Counted from the stretch's first letter, positions 8,673-18,927 are shown. The stretch is DNA of 43,530 nt from Chlamydiota bacterium (GCA_947494155.1 CANLTW010000011.1:1-43530); one strand, 5' to 3'. The notes: generated by a model from the letters alone, not told the origin. A program made the numbers and translations.

Positions 8673-9656
8673 ATGAACCAGCGTGTTACTTTGAGTCTAT
8701 TATCTCTTGCACTTCTAGCTTCTTGCGGCAGTGGGTCTGATGATGATAAAACTAACGCAATTGCTCAACGTTACATTCACAAGTATGGCTATGATGTATC
8801 TTACGAAGATTGGAAAGGGCATGACTATCCGGGACAAGTGGTTACCACTTTGAAAAATGGGGTGACCATAGCAGAAACCTTTGAAGAGGGAAGACTCCAT
8901 GGACCAAGGACTGTTACCTACCCACACAGCCAAACGCTGAACCAGCTTGAAGTCTATACTAAAGGTGAATTGAAACGACGTGTTACCTACTCCGTTCGAG
9001 GCGTCCCCAGCATGGAAGAGATTTTCTCCTCCCCAACAGAGACAAAAGTGACCACATGGTACCACTCGGGTAGCCCCCGTTCTCAAGAGGACTATTTAGG
9101 TTCTATTTTAATGTCTGCCGAGTACTATAACCCTCAAAATGAGGTAGAGTCCAAAATCGACGAGGGTTCAGGGCAAAAAACGGTCCGCAACATCTACGGA
9201 GACCTCCTTTCAAAAGAGGTTGTCCGCAACACCGAGACTGTTTATGTGGAGGAATTCCACGCAAATGGGACACCTAAACTGATCGCCTCGTTTGAAAATG
9301 GGGATTTAGAGGGTAAGCGTCAGGAATTTGCCTACACAGGCGAACCCCTCATTGTAGAATACTACCATAACGGTCTTCTCGATGGTGTGATCACAAAGTT
9401 TCAAAACGGCTGCAAATACGAAGAGATCCCTTACAAACAAGGGGTTAAGCATGGGGTTGCTAAGCGTTTTGTTGACGGAGAGACTGTGATAGAGGAGACA
9501 AACTGGGCCTACAACAAAAAGCATGGCTCCAGCATCATTTATATTGATGGAGTGGCTAAAACAAGCTGGTTCTTCCAAGGAGCGAAAGTCTCTCAACCCC
9601 GTTTTGACGATCTGAATGGTCGACTCGAAATGCTGGCAAGCAACCAATCGTTTTAA
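8673..9656 (+). CDS. MORN/YwqK-repeat lipoprotein (CT476-like)
   Basis: Lipobox LLASC, YIHKYG, repeated G.LHG/G.LDG/G.KHG units; SD GAGG before ATG 8673. Confidence 0.8.
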   Translation: MNQRVTLSLLSLALLASCGSGSDDDKTNAIAQRYIHKYGYDVSYEDWKGHDYPGQVVTTLKNGVTIAETFEEGRLHGPRTVTYPHSQTLNQLEVYTKGELKRRVTYSVRGVPSMEEIFSSPTETKVTTWYHSGSPRSQEDYLGSILMSAEYYNPQNEVESKIDEGSGQKTVRNIYGDLLSKEVVRNTETVYVEEFHANGTPKLIASFENGDLEGKRQEFAYTGEPLIVEYYHNGLLDGVITKFQNGCKYEEIPYKQGVKHGVAKRFVDGETVIEETNWAYNKKHGSSIIYIDGVAKTSWFFQGAKVSQPRFDDLNGRLEMLASNQSF

Positions 9657-9682
9657 CCCATTTTTTCTCTCTTATTTCACTT

Positions 9683-9714
9683 AAAAAGGCTCCAAGAATT
9701 TTGGGGCCTTTTTT
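9683..9714 (+). terminator. Intrinsic terminator
   Basis: AAAAAGGCTCCAA-gaatt-TTGGGGCCTTTTTT. Confidence 0.8.
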
Positions 9715-9840
9715 CTATCCGGTTGCAGTTAAGCGGTTAAACCTTTTTCTCGTTATATTTTATAATAAATGTTATAAAAAGGAAAAGGAGTGGCTCCCCC
9801 AGCCCCCCTCAAACAAAGTAAAACCCTAAGGGGGGTAAAC

Positions 9841-10014
9841 ATGGATCAGGAAGCAGAAAAAAAAATAGCCATTCTCGAGTCTATGAATGATCAGCTTGTA
9901 GCAGAGTTCAATCATTTGAATGCCTTGCTCAAAGAGCTCGGATTTGATGACGGGATAGAGTCGCTTAAAATTGCAGCTGTTGAGCTCATACGCAAGCGCA
10001 AAAATTTAGAGTAA
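9841..10014 (+). CDS. Small hypothetical protein of environmental chlamydiae
   Basis: IA.LES.NDQL..E...L..LL..LGF..GI.SLK.AA.EL pattern (recall); G-rich SD upstream. Confidence 0.7.
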   Translation: MDQEAEKKIAILESMNDQLVAEFNHLNALLKELGFDDGIESLKIAAVELIRKRKNLE

Positions 10015-10695
10015 TTCTTTGCAATATCTCTCTTTTGGAAAGGGCTGGTAATAGTGGTGTACGCCCGACTTGAAAAGGCATTTATAACGTGGTTTATTTC
10101 TAAAAAGCCAAAATTCGCTTTCGTAGTACCCTTTTTTCAGATCTGGCAGGCTAGCCAAATAAGAGCCTTTTGCCCACCAAAAATTCCCTGAAAAGTGGTC
10201 CCTTGGATCGTTAGTGTAGTTCACACCCACAACATCAAAACCCTCGTTTAAAGCCTCGACGCATTTTTCCCATTTTTCAATCATGAAATACTCTAAAAAA
10301 TATCTACAGTCCTGGATGTTGGGAAAAGATCCTTCCCATGTAGTAATTCCTTTTGAGTGGAAATAGAGAAAATAGGCATCAGGTTTTTGCTGAGCCATCT
10401 TTCTTAGGGCTTTCAAGGTAGGTTTTTCCATCAGCCCACAATTTTTGTGGTAAAATAGAAGCTCCATTTTAGGATCTCCTCCATAGAGCTTCAATACATT
10501 TATTTCCCCTAAATTTCCGATGTAAATCTTTCGGACTTTCGAGTATAAAGTGCTATTTTTTAGTTTGAGGAGTTGTTCAGGAATAATTTTTTCCCAGTTT
10601 CCTCGCGTGCAGCAGTGATAGAATATGTACAACTCTTGATCAGGATAAAGATTGACACTAAGAAGCATTACAAGAAACATTAAAAATCTGCACAT
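10006..10695 (-). CDS. Secreted hypothetical protein, putative glycosyltransferase-like
   Basis: Signal peptide; YFHSKG and HFSGNFWWA..SYL motifs; AT-rich. Confidence 0.6.
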   Translation of the reverse strand: MCRFLMFLVMLLSVNLYPDQELYIFYHCCTRGNWEKIIPEQLLKLKNSTLYSKVRKIYIGNLGEINVLKLYGGDPKMELLFYHKNCGLMEKPTLKALRKMAQQKPDAYFLYFHSKGITTWEGSFPNIQDCRYFLEYFMIEKWEKCVEALNEGFDVVGVNYTNDPRDHFSGNFWWAKGSYLASLPDLKKGYYESEFWLFRNKPRYKCLFKSGVHHYYQPFPKERYCKELL

Positions 10696-10720
10696 ATTTT
10701 CACTCAAAATGATGCAAAGA

Positions 10721-13051
10721 CTATAAAAGCTCTTGAAATAATTTCTCCATAACTTCCAAAGAAATCTCAGACTCTTCGATCATTTGATCAGCGAGTTGTG
10801 ATTTATCTTTTTTGATCTGTTCCATGGATTCTTCTATGGAGTTAAGCACAATATATCTTCTAGCAATCAACGGTTTTTCTCGCCCGACCCGGTGAGCACG
10901 ATCAATCGCTTGCATCTCGGCCTGAGGGTTCCACCAAGGTTCAAAAAGCATTACCGTATCGGCCTCAACAAGGTTCAACCCGACTCCTCCCGCTTTCAAA
11001 GTCATCAAAAACACACAACCCCCGTCAAACGTTTTAAAGCTCTCTACCACCCGTTCTCTATGTTTCGTCTTACCGTCAAGGTAAAAAAGCGGGATAAGTT
11101 CGGTCTCGAGCTCTTGTTTAAGGAGCTGCAGAAGTGAGGAGAAATGGGAAAACACAAGCACTTTTTGCCCATTTTCTATGTGCTCAAAAAGATCTTGAAG
11201 AACTCGGTCCAGTTTAGCTGAAGGGACATCCAAATCGATCAGTTTAGGTGACAGGACATGTTGCCTTAATTCTAAAATAGCAGAAAACACATGCTGGCGG
11301 CTCTCCTCAATTTTTTTTCTATGCCCCTCTTTTAACAGATCGTAGGACTCTTTTTGCTCCTCATAAAGATCCACATATATGAGCTGCTCCATTTTTTTAG
11401 GCATTTGTAGAACAACATCTTTTTTCAATCTGCGTAATATGAACGGTCTGGTCAAATTTTTGACTCGCTGCAGATCCTTGGGATCCATTTCACCTGCCAG
11501 ATCAGGCAATAAAAGGGTAAAAAGATGGATAAGATCGGTAATCCGATTTTCGACCGGTGTCCCCGATAAAGCTATTTTAAATTCGGCCTTCAAGCGTTTC
11601 ACCGCCTCAAAACCTTTTGTTTTTTTATTCTTTAGCCCTTGCGCCTCATCCAATACAAGAACAGCATAATCGATTAGCTCGAACTGATCGATACACACTC
11701 TAAGCATCTGGTAAGAGACCAGTAGAACACCCTTTTCAGGGATCGTTGTTTTTCTATCAAAGATCTCTACAGGCAATGTGGGGTTGAATTTTGTTATCTC
11801 CTGTTTCCACTGCGATAATAGCGTCAACGGGGCTACAATCAGCGCTTTTTTATCCCCTAAAACAGAGCTAAGAAAAGCTATTGTTTGTACTGTTTTGCCA
11901 AGGCCCATCTCATCTGCCAAAAGGGCTGCAAAGCGATTATTGTATTGAAAAAACAGCCAGTCCAAACCCTCTTTTTGAAACCCAAAAAGCTCACCCTGGA
12001 AATCTTGAGAAACTCTCTCTTCTTTCATAGGAATCAGCCCTTCTATTTGAGTCTGATCGAGCCTAACCAAAAGCTCGGGCGCATAGAAACGGGGTATAAC
12101 TAAAGTATGACTTTCCCACTTTTTGGGGACATTTTGGTAAACTTGAAGCTGCGAGTCGTCCAGAAACAGGTAGGCATCCCCACTTTTTAAAAGCACCTTC
12201 CCTTTACTATGAGCCTCTAGTGCGTCTTTCAACGAAAAGCTCTTTTTTTCCGATCTGTACTCCCCTTCCACCAAAAAGGAGGTTTGATGGAGTTTTTTTG
12301 TCCCCACAAACTCTTTAGAGAAAAGGATAGGCTCTTTTTTGGGACCCACCACGGCATACCCCATCCCGTGCAGAAGCGTCAAAGCTTCCAACACTTTATG
12401 GGTTGGGCAATAGTACGAGGAGGTTTGCATCGGTTTATAAATATAGCCCGCATCCTCAAGATCCTGGAAAAATCTATCGACCTCCCCCTTTGTGCCATTT
12501 TTTGTTTCGACCTCGATGAATGCCCCCGTCTCATCTGCCAGGCAGATAAGGAAAGAGGCTTCAAAAATTGGGGGTGAAAAAGGCTCTTCAGCCCTTTCTT
12601 TAACCACCTCCACCTTTGGACCCCAATCAGGGGGATCGACCAGATAAGAATCGATGAATTCTTGAAATTCTTTGGGAGAAAGAGCTGTCGGCAGTGAAAA
12701 AAATCGCTCTATTTTGGGGAAGGCTCCTGTGAATTGGCGGATAATCCCTTCAAAAACAAAAAAGTCTAGAGCGCCATGTACAATCAACGGACAAACATGG
12801 AAGGGAATTTTTTGATTTTTGTAGAAAAAAAAAGGGTGAACAGTCTCTTCATAGAGCTCTATTAAGACATGAAAAGTCAAAAAAGGGTCGAACAGGAGTT
12901 TCTTCCCTCCAAGCGATAACTCCCCTTTAGCGGTGAGGGTGCGAAGCGTCTCTAAACCCCTTTTAGCCTCAATTTGGGTAATCTTTTCCCCCTCTTGAAT
13001 TGCAAAGGCTATTTTTTTAGGATCATTGCCTTGCAAAAGAGTGTATTTCAT
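10721..13051 (-). CDS. SNF2-family helicase/ATPase
   Basis: LADEMGLGKT, DEAQ, SGTPVEN, AGGVGLNL, QAIDRAHRVG. Confidence 0.92.
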   Translation of the reverse strand: MKYTLLQGNDPKKIAFAIQEGEKITQIEAKRGLETLRTLTAKGELSLGGKKLLFDPFLTFHVLIELYEETVHPFFFYKNQKIPFHVCPLIVHGALDFFVFEGIIRQFTGAFPKIERFFSLPTALSPKEFQEFIDSYLVDPPDWGPKVEVVKERAEEPFSPPIFEASFLICLADETGAFIEVETKNGTKGEVDRFFQDLEDAGYIYKPMQTSSYYCPTHKVLEALTLLHGMGYAVVGPKKEPILFSKEFVGTKKLHQTSFLVEGEYRSEKKSFSLKDALEAHSKGKVLLKSGDAYLFLDDSQLQVYQNVPKKWESHTLVIPRFYAPELLVRLDQTQIEGLIPMKEERVSQDFQGELFGFQKEGLDWLFFQYNNRFAALLADEMGLGKTVQTIAFLSSVLGDKKALIVAPLTLLSQWKQEITKFNPTLPVEIFDRKTTIPEKGVLLVSYQMLRVCIDQFELIDYAVLVLDEAQGLKNKKTKGFEAVKRLKAEFKIALSGTPVENRITDLIHLFTLLLPDLAGEMDPKDLQRVKNLTRPFILRRLKKDVVLQMPKKMEQLIYVDLYEEQKESYDLLKEGHRKKIEESRQHVFSAILELRQHVLSPKLIDLDVPSAKLDRVLQDLFEHIENGQKVLVFSHFSSLLQLLKQELETELIPLFYLDGKTKHRERVVESFKTFDGGCVFLMTLKAGGVGLNLVEADTVMLFEPWWNPQAEMQAIDRAHRVGREKPLIARRYIVLNSIEESMEQIKKDKSQLADQMIEESEISLEVMEKLFQELL

Positions 13052-14019
13052 GCGATGACAGGCTCTTTTTTTGTTAAGCGCTGTTTTTCCTCAAAAGAGA
13101 GTTTTCTAAAAGGGGTTGTCACCGTTTCTAACGAAAAAGGCCTCACTCGCCCATTTTCGAGACAGTTTTTAGAGCAACACCCTTTTGCCTCATCTACGCA
13201 AGTGGGACATGAGAGGATTAGGCAATTACAGTCCATGTTTGCACAGTTATAATAGGAGTCCGCACTTTTTTTACAAAACTGGCATTCAGCGATCGGTTTA
13301 GCCTCATCCTTGCTAATAGGAATCACCATCCTGTCGTCAAAGACAAATAATTTCCCCTTCCAAGCTCTGTTGCCGTTTTCCAGCCCGTACCGGATAATCC
13401 CCCCCTTAAGCTGATAGACTTTTTTAAAACCTAATTTTAACATCAACGAGGAGTAAAGTTCACAGCGAATGCCTCCGGTACAGTACATCATCACCTTTGT
13501 TTGATCGGTATCATAACGCTCTTTCAACTTTTCGGCATACTCGGGAAACTCTCTGAACTGGTCTAGCTCGGGTAGCAGCGCCCCCTCAAAATGCCCCACT
13601 TTCCACTCGTAGTCATTTCTTGTATCAATAACAATCGTGTTGTCATCTTTTTCCTTGATCATTTTTTCCCACTCGGCGGCCTCTAGATGGACCCCCTGCA
13701 GCGAGCTGTCCACCTCCCTGTCCATCGCTACAAGCTGACGGCGGTACTTTACAATTAACTTGGCAAAGGGATGAACCGGGTGGTCATGGATTTTTATGTC
13801 AGCGGAAGGGAAGTTTTTGAGCACAAAAGCGCGATAATTCTCTAAATTTTCTTTTGACACGGAGCATTGGGCATTTATCCCCTCCTCCGAAATATAGATA
13901 CGCCCCCTGGCATCTATTTCTTCAAGAAAACTTTTGTGTTCCTTAATAACTTTTTGAGGATCATCGACTTTGGTAAAAGCGTAGTATGCGAGTACTTTAA
14001 TATCATCGGCCAAGTGCAT
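13048..14019 (-). CDS. trhO: Oxygen-dependent tRNA U34 hydroxylase TrhO (rhodanese, UPF0176)
   Basis: GRIYISEEGIN, DTRNDYE, MYCTGGIRCE, FVFDDR; SD AAGGA before ATG 14019. Confidence 0.9.
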   Translation of the reverse strand: MHLADDIKVLAYYAFTKVDDPQKVIKEHKSFLEEIDARGRIYISEEGINAQCSVSKENLENYRAFVLKNFPSADIKIHDHPVHPFAKLIVKYRRQLVAMDREVDSSLQGVHLEAAEWEKMIKEKDDNTIVIDTRNDYEWKVGHFEGALLPELDQFREFPEYAEKLKERYDTDQTKVMMYCTGGIRCELYSSLMLKLGFKKVYQLKGGIIRYGLENGNRAWKGKLFVFDDRMVIPISKDEAKPIAECQFCKKSADSYYNCANMDCNCLILSCPTCVDEAKGCCSKNCLENGRVRPFSLETVTTPFRKLSFEEKQRLTKKEPVIA

Positions 14020-14132
14020 AAAAAAAGTCCTTAAAATCGACAATGAATCTACCACATCCCGATTTTTACTTGTTTAAAAACTTGGCAATCCGTAATATTG
14101 GAGCTTCGATACGTCAGACAGTTAGGAGAACT

Positions 14133-14750
14133 ATGGCTCGTTATCGCGGCCCAAAAAATCGAATTGCTCGCAAGTTCGGCGCAAACATCTTCGGAAGACG
14201 CAAAAATCCACTCGCAACAAAGAGCAACCCACCCGGTATGCATGGGGCGAAGAGAAAGAAACGCTCCGACTTCGGCAATCAGTTACATGAAAAACAAAAG
14301 CTTGCTAGCTTTTATGGTGTTATTCCATTGAGAACTCTAAGCCGCTACTATAAAGAGGCTCTAAGAAAAGAGGGTAACACATCCGATCTCTTCATTCAAC
14401 AGCTCGAGTCCCGTTTGGATGTCGTAGTCTACAGAATGAAGTTCGCACCTACCATTTTTTCCAGTCAACAACTCGTGTCCCATGGGCATGTTTTGGTCAA
14501 CGGAAGAAAGGTAAACATCCGTTCTTATCAAGTGAAACCCAACGATGTGGTCACTCTTAAAGAAAAAACTTTAGAGCTATCTGTCGTGAAAGATTCCTTG
14601 ACAAGCACAAGAGAATTACCTGCCTACGTCAGCTTTGACTCAGCAACAAATAAGGGTTCTATTTTGATCCTCCCAGCTTTGGACCAGGTTTCATTCCCCT
14701 TACACATCAACGTTCCAGTTGTTTGCGAGTACTTGGCTTACACCTCTTAA
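14133..14750 (+). CDS. rpsD: 30S ribosomal protein S4
   Basis: MARYRGPKNRIARKFG, LESRLD, QLVSHGHVLVNG; SD AGGAG. Confidence 0.97.
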   Translation: MARYRGPKNRIARKFGANIFGRRKNPLATKSNPPGMHGAKRKKRSDFGNQLHEKQKLASFYGVIPLRTLSRYYKEALRKEGNTSDLFIQQLESRLDVVVYRMKFAPTIFSSQQLVSHGHVLVNGRKVNIRSYQVKPNDVVTLKEKTLELSVVKDSLTSTRELPAYVSFDSATNKGSILILPALDQVSFPLHINVPVVCEYLAYTS

Positions 14751-14753
14751 AGG

Positions 14754-15626
14754 ATGAAAGGGCACGATCAAGGGCCACTTGTTGGCTGTCATAACTCCGC
14801 CCAAGGCGGAGTACACAATGCTCTCATAGAGGCCAAAAGCTTAGGTGCTACGGCCTCTCAATTATTTACTACCAATCAAAAACAGTGGCGAGGAAAAACG
14901 ATCTCTGCCGAGGAGATTGCCAAATGGGAAGAGGCTAAGGCTAATTCGGGTGTACAAGTGGTGATAAGCCACGATGGCTATCTGATCAATTTAGGCTCCC
15001 ACCTGGATGAACTTCTCGAAAAGAGCCGTAAGGCTTTCCAAGAGGAGATCGAACGTTGCCAAGCGCTTCATATCGACTTTCTCAATTTCCATCCCGGAAC
15101 AGCCACAGATAAAAATCCCGAGCGGTGCCTTGACACCATCGTAGATTCCCTTTTGAGCTTTGCCCCCCTTTTTGACAAAAACCAAAAACTAAAGCTTGTT
15201 CTGGAAACTACCGCAGGTCAAGGAAATACTGTAGGCCACACTTTTTCCCATTTGGCCTATATTCTTCAAAACTGCCACAACAAAATCCCGCTGGGCATTT
15301 GTATCGATACCTGTCATATTTTTGCAGCTGGCTATGATATCCGCACCCCTCAGGCATGGGATCAAACTCTCAAAGATTTCGACGAAATTGTCGGGCTAAA
15401 ACATCTAGACTGCATGCACCTGAATGACTCTTTAAAGGGGCTTGGCTCCAGAGTGGATCGGCACAGTTGTTTGGGTTACGGGGAAATAGGGATTGAAGCT
15501 TTTCAATTTGTGATGCAAGATAAGAGACTGAAACATCTGCCCAAATGCCTGGAGACACCTGAAAAGGAGGCGCGCTGGGAGGAAGAGATTCAGATGCTCA
15601 AAGATTTTTACTACCATAAACTCTAA
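14754..15626 (+). CDS. nfo: Endonuclease IV
   Basis: H..YLINL, NFHPG, LETTAGQG, CIDTCH, HLNDS, DRH, LETP. Confidence 0.96.
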   Translation: MKGHDQGPLVGCHNSAQGGVHNALIEAKSLGATASQLFTTNQKQWRGKTISAEEIAKWEEAKANSGVQVVISHDGYLINLGSHLDELLEKSRKAFQEEIERCQALHIDFLNFHPGTATDKNPERCLDTIVDSLLSFAPLFDKNQKLKLVLETTAGQGNTVGHTFSHLAYILQNCHNKIPLGICIDTCHIFAAGYDIRTPQAWDQTLKDFDEIVGLKHLDCMHLNDSLKGLGSRVDRHSCLGYGEIGIEAFQFVMQDKRLKHLPKCLETPEKEARWEEEIQMLKDFYYHKL

Positions 15627-15641
15627 TCATTAGGATATTCC

Positions 15642-16976
15642 ATGATGGTTGATACTAAGCTCAAGCGGACAAAAGTTTCCGACATCGATTCCGGCCATAT
15701 TGGCAAACAACTTTTCTTGCAAGGATGGATACGCACCTGTCGCTCGCAAAAAGGGGTCACGTTTATTGAACTCAACGACGGCTCTACCATCAAAAATATC
15801 CAATTGATCTCTAACCAAGAGCACCCCCTTCTTACAGGAGCCTCAATAGCTGTCTGTGGGACTTTGGTGAAAAGCCCCTCACCCAAACAACCGTTTGAAC
15901 TTCAGGTAGAATCTTTAGATCTCATCGGTGAGGCCAACAGCCTTTTCCCTTTGCAAAAAAAAGGGCATACGCTCGATTTCTTAAGAGAAATCGCCCACTT
16001 ACGCCCTAGAACCAACACCTTTGGGGCGGTAGCTCGCGTGCGTAGCCGCATGGCTTTTGCCGTGCATGAGTTTTTCCAAAGACGGAAATTTTTCTACGTG
16101 CAAACACCGGTTATCACCTCTTCAGACTGTGAAGGCGCCGGCGAACTTTTTGAGCTGATCACCGAGACAAAGAACTTCTTTGGTAAAAAAGCGTTCCTTA
16201 CCTGCTCTGGGCAGCTCAACGGCGAATGCTTTGCTACAGCCCTTGGAGAAATTTACACATTTGGCCCCACTTTTAGAGCTGAAAACTCCCACACTTCGCG
16301 CCACCTTGCTGAATTCTGGATGATTGAGCCCGAAATGGCCTTTTATGATCTTAGCTTAAACATGGAGCTTGCAGAAAGTTTTGTAAAACATTTAGTTAAA
16401 ACGGCTCTTGATGAGTGTAGTGAAGATCTCGACTTTTTTGAAGAGCGTTACGAAAAAGGGTTAAAAGAGCGGCTGCAAATTGTTTTAGACCGCCCCTTTT
16501 CCCGTATCTCCTATACTGAGGCGGTGGATATCCTATTAAAATCCAAAAAAGAATTTCAGTATCCTGTCGAGTGGGGAAAAGATCTTCAGTCGGAGCATGA
16601 GCGCTACATTGCTGAAACGGTAGTTGGTGGTCCTGTTATCCTTTATAACTACCCGAAAACGCTCAAACCCTTTTATATGAAAGCGAATGACGATGGAAAA
16701 ACCGTCGCCTGTATGGATGTGCTTGTCCCTAAAATTGGAGAGATCATCGGTGGCTCACAAAGAGAGGATGATCTTACAAAGTTAGAAGAGGGGATCCGCT
16801 CTCATGGCCTCAATCCCAGTGATTATGACTGGTATCTCGATTTAAGAAGGTTTGGAACCGTCCCGCACTCCGGTTTTGGGCTGGGTTTCGAGCGGGCTGT
16901 CCAATTCATCACCGGTATGGAAAACATCCGCGATATCATCGCTTTCCCTAGAGCTGCAGGACTCTGCTCGTTTTAG
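15642..16976 (+). CDS. asnS: Asparagine-tRNA ligase
   Basis: HLRPRTN, FGPTFRAENS, RHLAEFWMIEPE, EIIGGSQRE, GFGLGFER. Confidence 0.97.
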   Translation: MMVDTKLKRTKVSDIDSGHIGKQLFLQGWIRTCRSQKGVTFIELNDGSTIKNIQLISNQEHPLLTGASIAVCGTLVKSPSPKQPFELQVESLDLIGEANSLFPLQKKGHTLDFLREIAHLRPRTNTFGAVARVRSRMAFAVHEFFQRRKFFYVQTPVITSSDCEGAGELFELITETKNFFGKKAFLTCSGQLNGECFATALGEIYTFGPTFRAENSHTSRHLAEFWMIEPEMAFYDLSLNMELAESFVKHLVKTALDECSEDLDFFEERYEKGLKERLQIVLDRPFSRISYTEAVDILLKSKKEFQYPVEWGKDLQSEHERYIAETVVGGPVILYNYPKTLKPFYMKANDDGKTVACMDVLVPKIGEIIGGSQREDDLTKLEEGIRSHGLNPSDYDWYLDLRRFGTVPHSGFGLGFERAVQFITGMENIRDIIAFPRAAGLCSF

Positions 16977-16999
16977 GCAGCTTTGCTAGCTATTTTTTT

Positions 17000-17025
17000 A
17001 AAGCCCCCGACCTGAGGGGCTTTTT
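17000..17025 (+). terminator. Intrinsic terminator
   Basis: AAAGCCCC...GGGGCTTTTT after asnS. Confidence 0.75.
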
Positions 17026-17113
17026 CTTTAGTTAACCAACTGACTACCAATTGTTTAGTAAAGAATAATTTTTTTTACCGATCAAATTTGAAAGATCTGC
17101 TACAATAAGGCAT

Positions 17114-17407
17114 ATGAGCGATAAAGTATCTGGTAGCGGTGACGGCACCGTCCGTAATTATAACAGGTCAGATTCCCACCCCAGCAAAAAAGATTTTCCT
17201 GGGGATCACACGGTAGACCCTTCTAAGTCTTCTCATGAGTCAGGTGGTTATGTTTACCCTTTTGTGGAGAAAATGTTTCCTGGTATTAACCCTGCAGATG
17301 CCAAAAAATTTGTCGACAATCTATTTAATCAGATCAATCAGCAAATTAAAAAAGCTATAGAAAAATCCAAAGAAAATCGGCAGCGCTGGCAAGAAGAAAA
17401 TGGATAG
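17114..17407 (+). CDS. Small hypothetical protein, positional equivalent of CT657, possible T3S substrate
   Basis: Ser/Gly-rich disordered N-terminus, helical C-terminus; directly upstream of the RluD-like gene. Confidence 0.65.
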   Translation: MSDKVSGSGDGTVRNYNRSDSHPSKKDFPGDHTVDPSKSSHESGGYVYPFVEKMFPGINPADAKKFVDNLFNQINQQIKKAIEKSKENRQRWQEENG

Positions 17408-18335
17408 AGACGAGTTAACTTATGAGGGGCATGAAGAGGTTCGATTGGACCGCTTCCTCTCACAAGCTTACCCCTCTTTGTCAAGAAATTATTTCGAAAA
17501 GGTCATCTCCAAAGGGCATGTTTTTGTTAATCATAAGCCCACTAAAAAAAGCCTTAAACTTCAGCCCTTAGACGAGATTCTAATCGATTTTCCCCCTTTA
17601 GACCCTCTCGAATTGACCCCTGTCGAGATGGACATTCCCGTATTTTTTGAGGATAGGGATCTGGCATTGATTTACAAACATCCGAAACTCGTCTCCCACC
17701 CGGCTGTCGGCACAACTGAACCTACCCTTATTCATGGCCTTTTGCACCGCTTCCGCCAGCTACAGGGTCTTGATACTGTTCGCCCAGGTCTTGTACATCG
17801 TCTCGACAAAGACACCTCGGGGATCATGATTATCGCAAAAAACTTAACCACTCATGAACTACTAGCTAACCAATTTAGAGCCCGCCAGATCAAAAAAACG
17901 TACCTGGCTGTGGTCCATCGCACCCTTGAAAAAACTTTGGTTGATGCACCAATAGGGCGCAGCCTCAACGATCGTAAGAAAATGGGGATTCAACCCCAGA
18001 CAGGCAAAGAGGCTCTCACCGAATTTGTCCCCCTTTTTACATCCAAAGGGTGCACTTTAGTAAAAGCGATGCCTAAAACCGGTCGCACCCACCAGATCCG
18101 TGTCCATCTGCAACACATCCATCATCCTATTGTAGGAGATCCGTTGTATGGTTTTTTAGGTTTGGATAAACCGCTTAATCCCCCGAGGATTCTTCTGCAT
18201 GCCCATAGCCTGGAATTTACCCATCCTCACTCAATGAAACCGATGCGGTTCACCTCGTCTATTCCCCAGGATTTTTCCCAATTTTTAGAGCGAATGGGCT
18301 TAGACACGGCTAACTGCCCCGATCTAATCCTATAG
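17400..18335 (+). CDS. rluD: RluA/RluD-family pseudouridine synthase
   Basis: S4-like RLDRFL, RPGLVHRLDKDTSG, TGRTHQIRVH, LHA. Confidence 0.88.
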   Translation: MDRDELTYEGHEEVRLDRFLSQAYPSLSRNYFEKVISKGHVFVNHKPTKKSLKLQPLDEILIDFPPLDPLELTPVEMDIPVFFEDRDLALIYKHPKLVSHPAVGTTEPTLIHGLLHRFRQLQGLDTVRPGLVHRLDKDTSGIMIIAKNLTTHELLANQFRARQIKKTYLAVVHRTLEKTLVDAPIGRSLNDRKKMGIQPQTGKEALTEFVPLFTSKGCTLVKAMPKTGRTHQIRVHLQHIHHPIVGDPLYGFLGLDKPLNPPRILLHAHSLEFTHPHSMKPMRFTSSIPQDFSQFLERMGLDTANCPDLIL

Positions 18336-18607
18336 ATACCACCCTTGAGGTACGCTATTTCCCCCGTTTAGAGTGGACGGCCCAACCAATTCTAAATTTT
18401 TTTCGGGAGATTAAATCCTAGGTCGTGTACTCTTTAGCAAAAGACCTTTTCTAAATAAGTACTTTGTTGCTTTAGGACTAGAATCTTGTGTTAAATGAAC
18501 GTGCAGAATCACTTTTTTAACCCGGCTTTTTGTCAAAAAATAATCGCAACAAAAATGGAGCTTTTTTAAAAATGGTCTAATGAATTGTCCCCAATAGGAA
18601 CTAGAAC

Positions 18608-18865
18608 ATGGAAGAATTCATCGGATATATCATCAAAAATCTTGTCACAAAGCCTGAGCAAGTAACCGTTAAACGCACATCCAGCGAAAATACCGATGTG
18701 TATGAAGTTCGTGTTGCACCCGAAGATATGGGTAAACTTATCGGCAAACAAGGTCGAACTATCAATTCCGTTCGTACGCTCGTTGCAGCAACAAGTGCAC
18801 GTTTAGATGCAAAGAAACGCACACTTGTCGAAGTCTATGACGAAGGAAAAGTGCGAACAGAGTAG
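18608..18865 (+). CDS. khpA: KH-domain RNA-binding protein KhpA (paralog 1)
   Basis: DMGKLIGKQGRTINSVRTLV. Confidence 0.88.
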   Translation: MEEFIGYIIKNLVTKPEQVTVKRTSSENTDVYEVRVAPEDMGKLIGKQGRTINSVRTLVAATSARLDAKKRTLVEVYDEGKVRTE

Positions 18866-18927
18866 CTAAATAATTTCCTTTCTAGTAAGTTTAGTTTTTA
18901 ACGAAAACTTCGAGAGGAATACCTGCT

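Noticed and set aside
8673..9656. Toxin-antitoxin module (YwqK label)
   Set aside because: MORN-like repeat lipoprotein at a conserved chlamydial position; no toxin partner
10721..13051. SNF2 ATPases as an anti-phage defence system
   Set aside because: Both sit in housekeeping contexts with no methylase or nuclease partners
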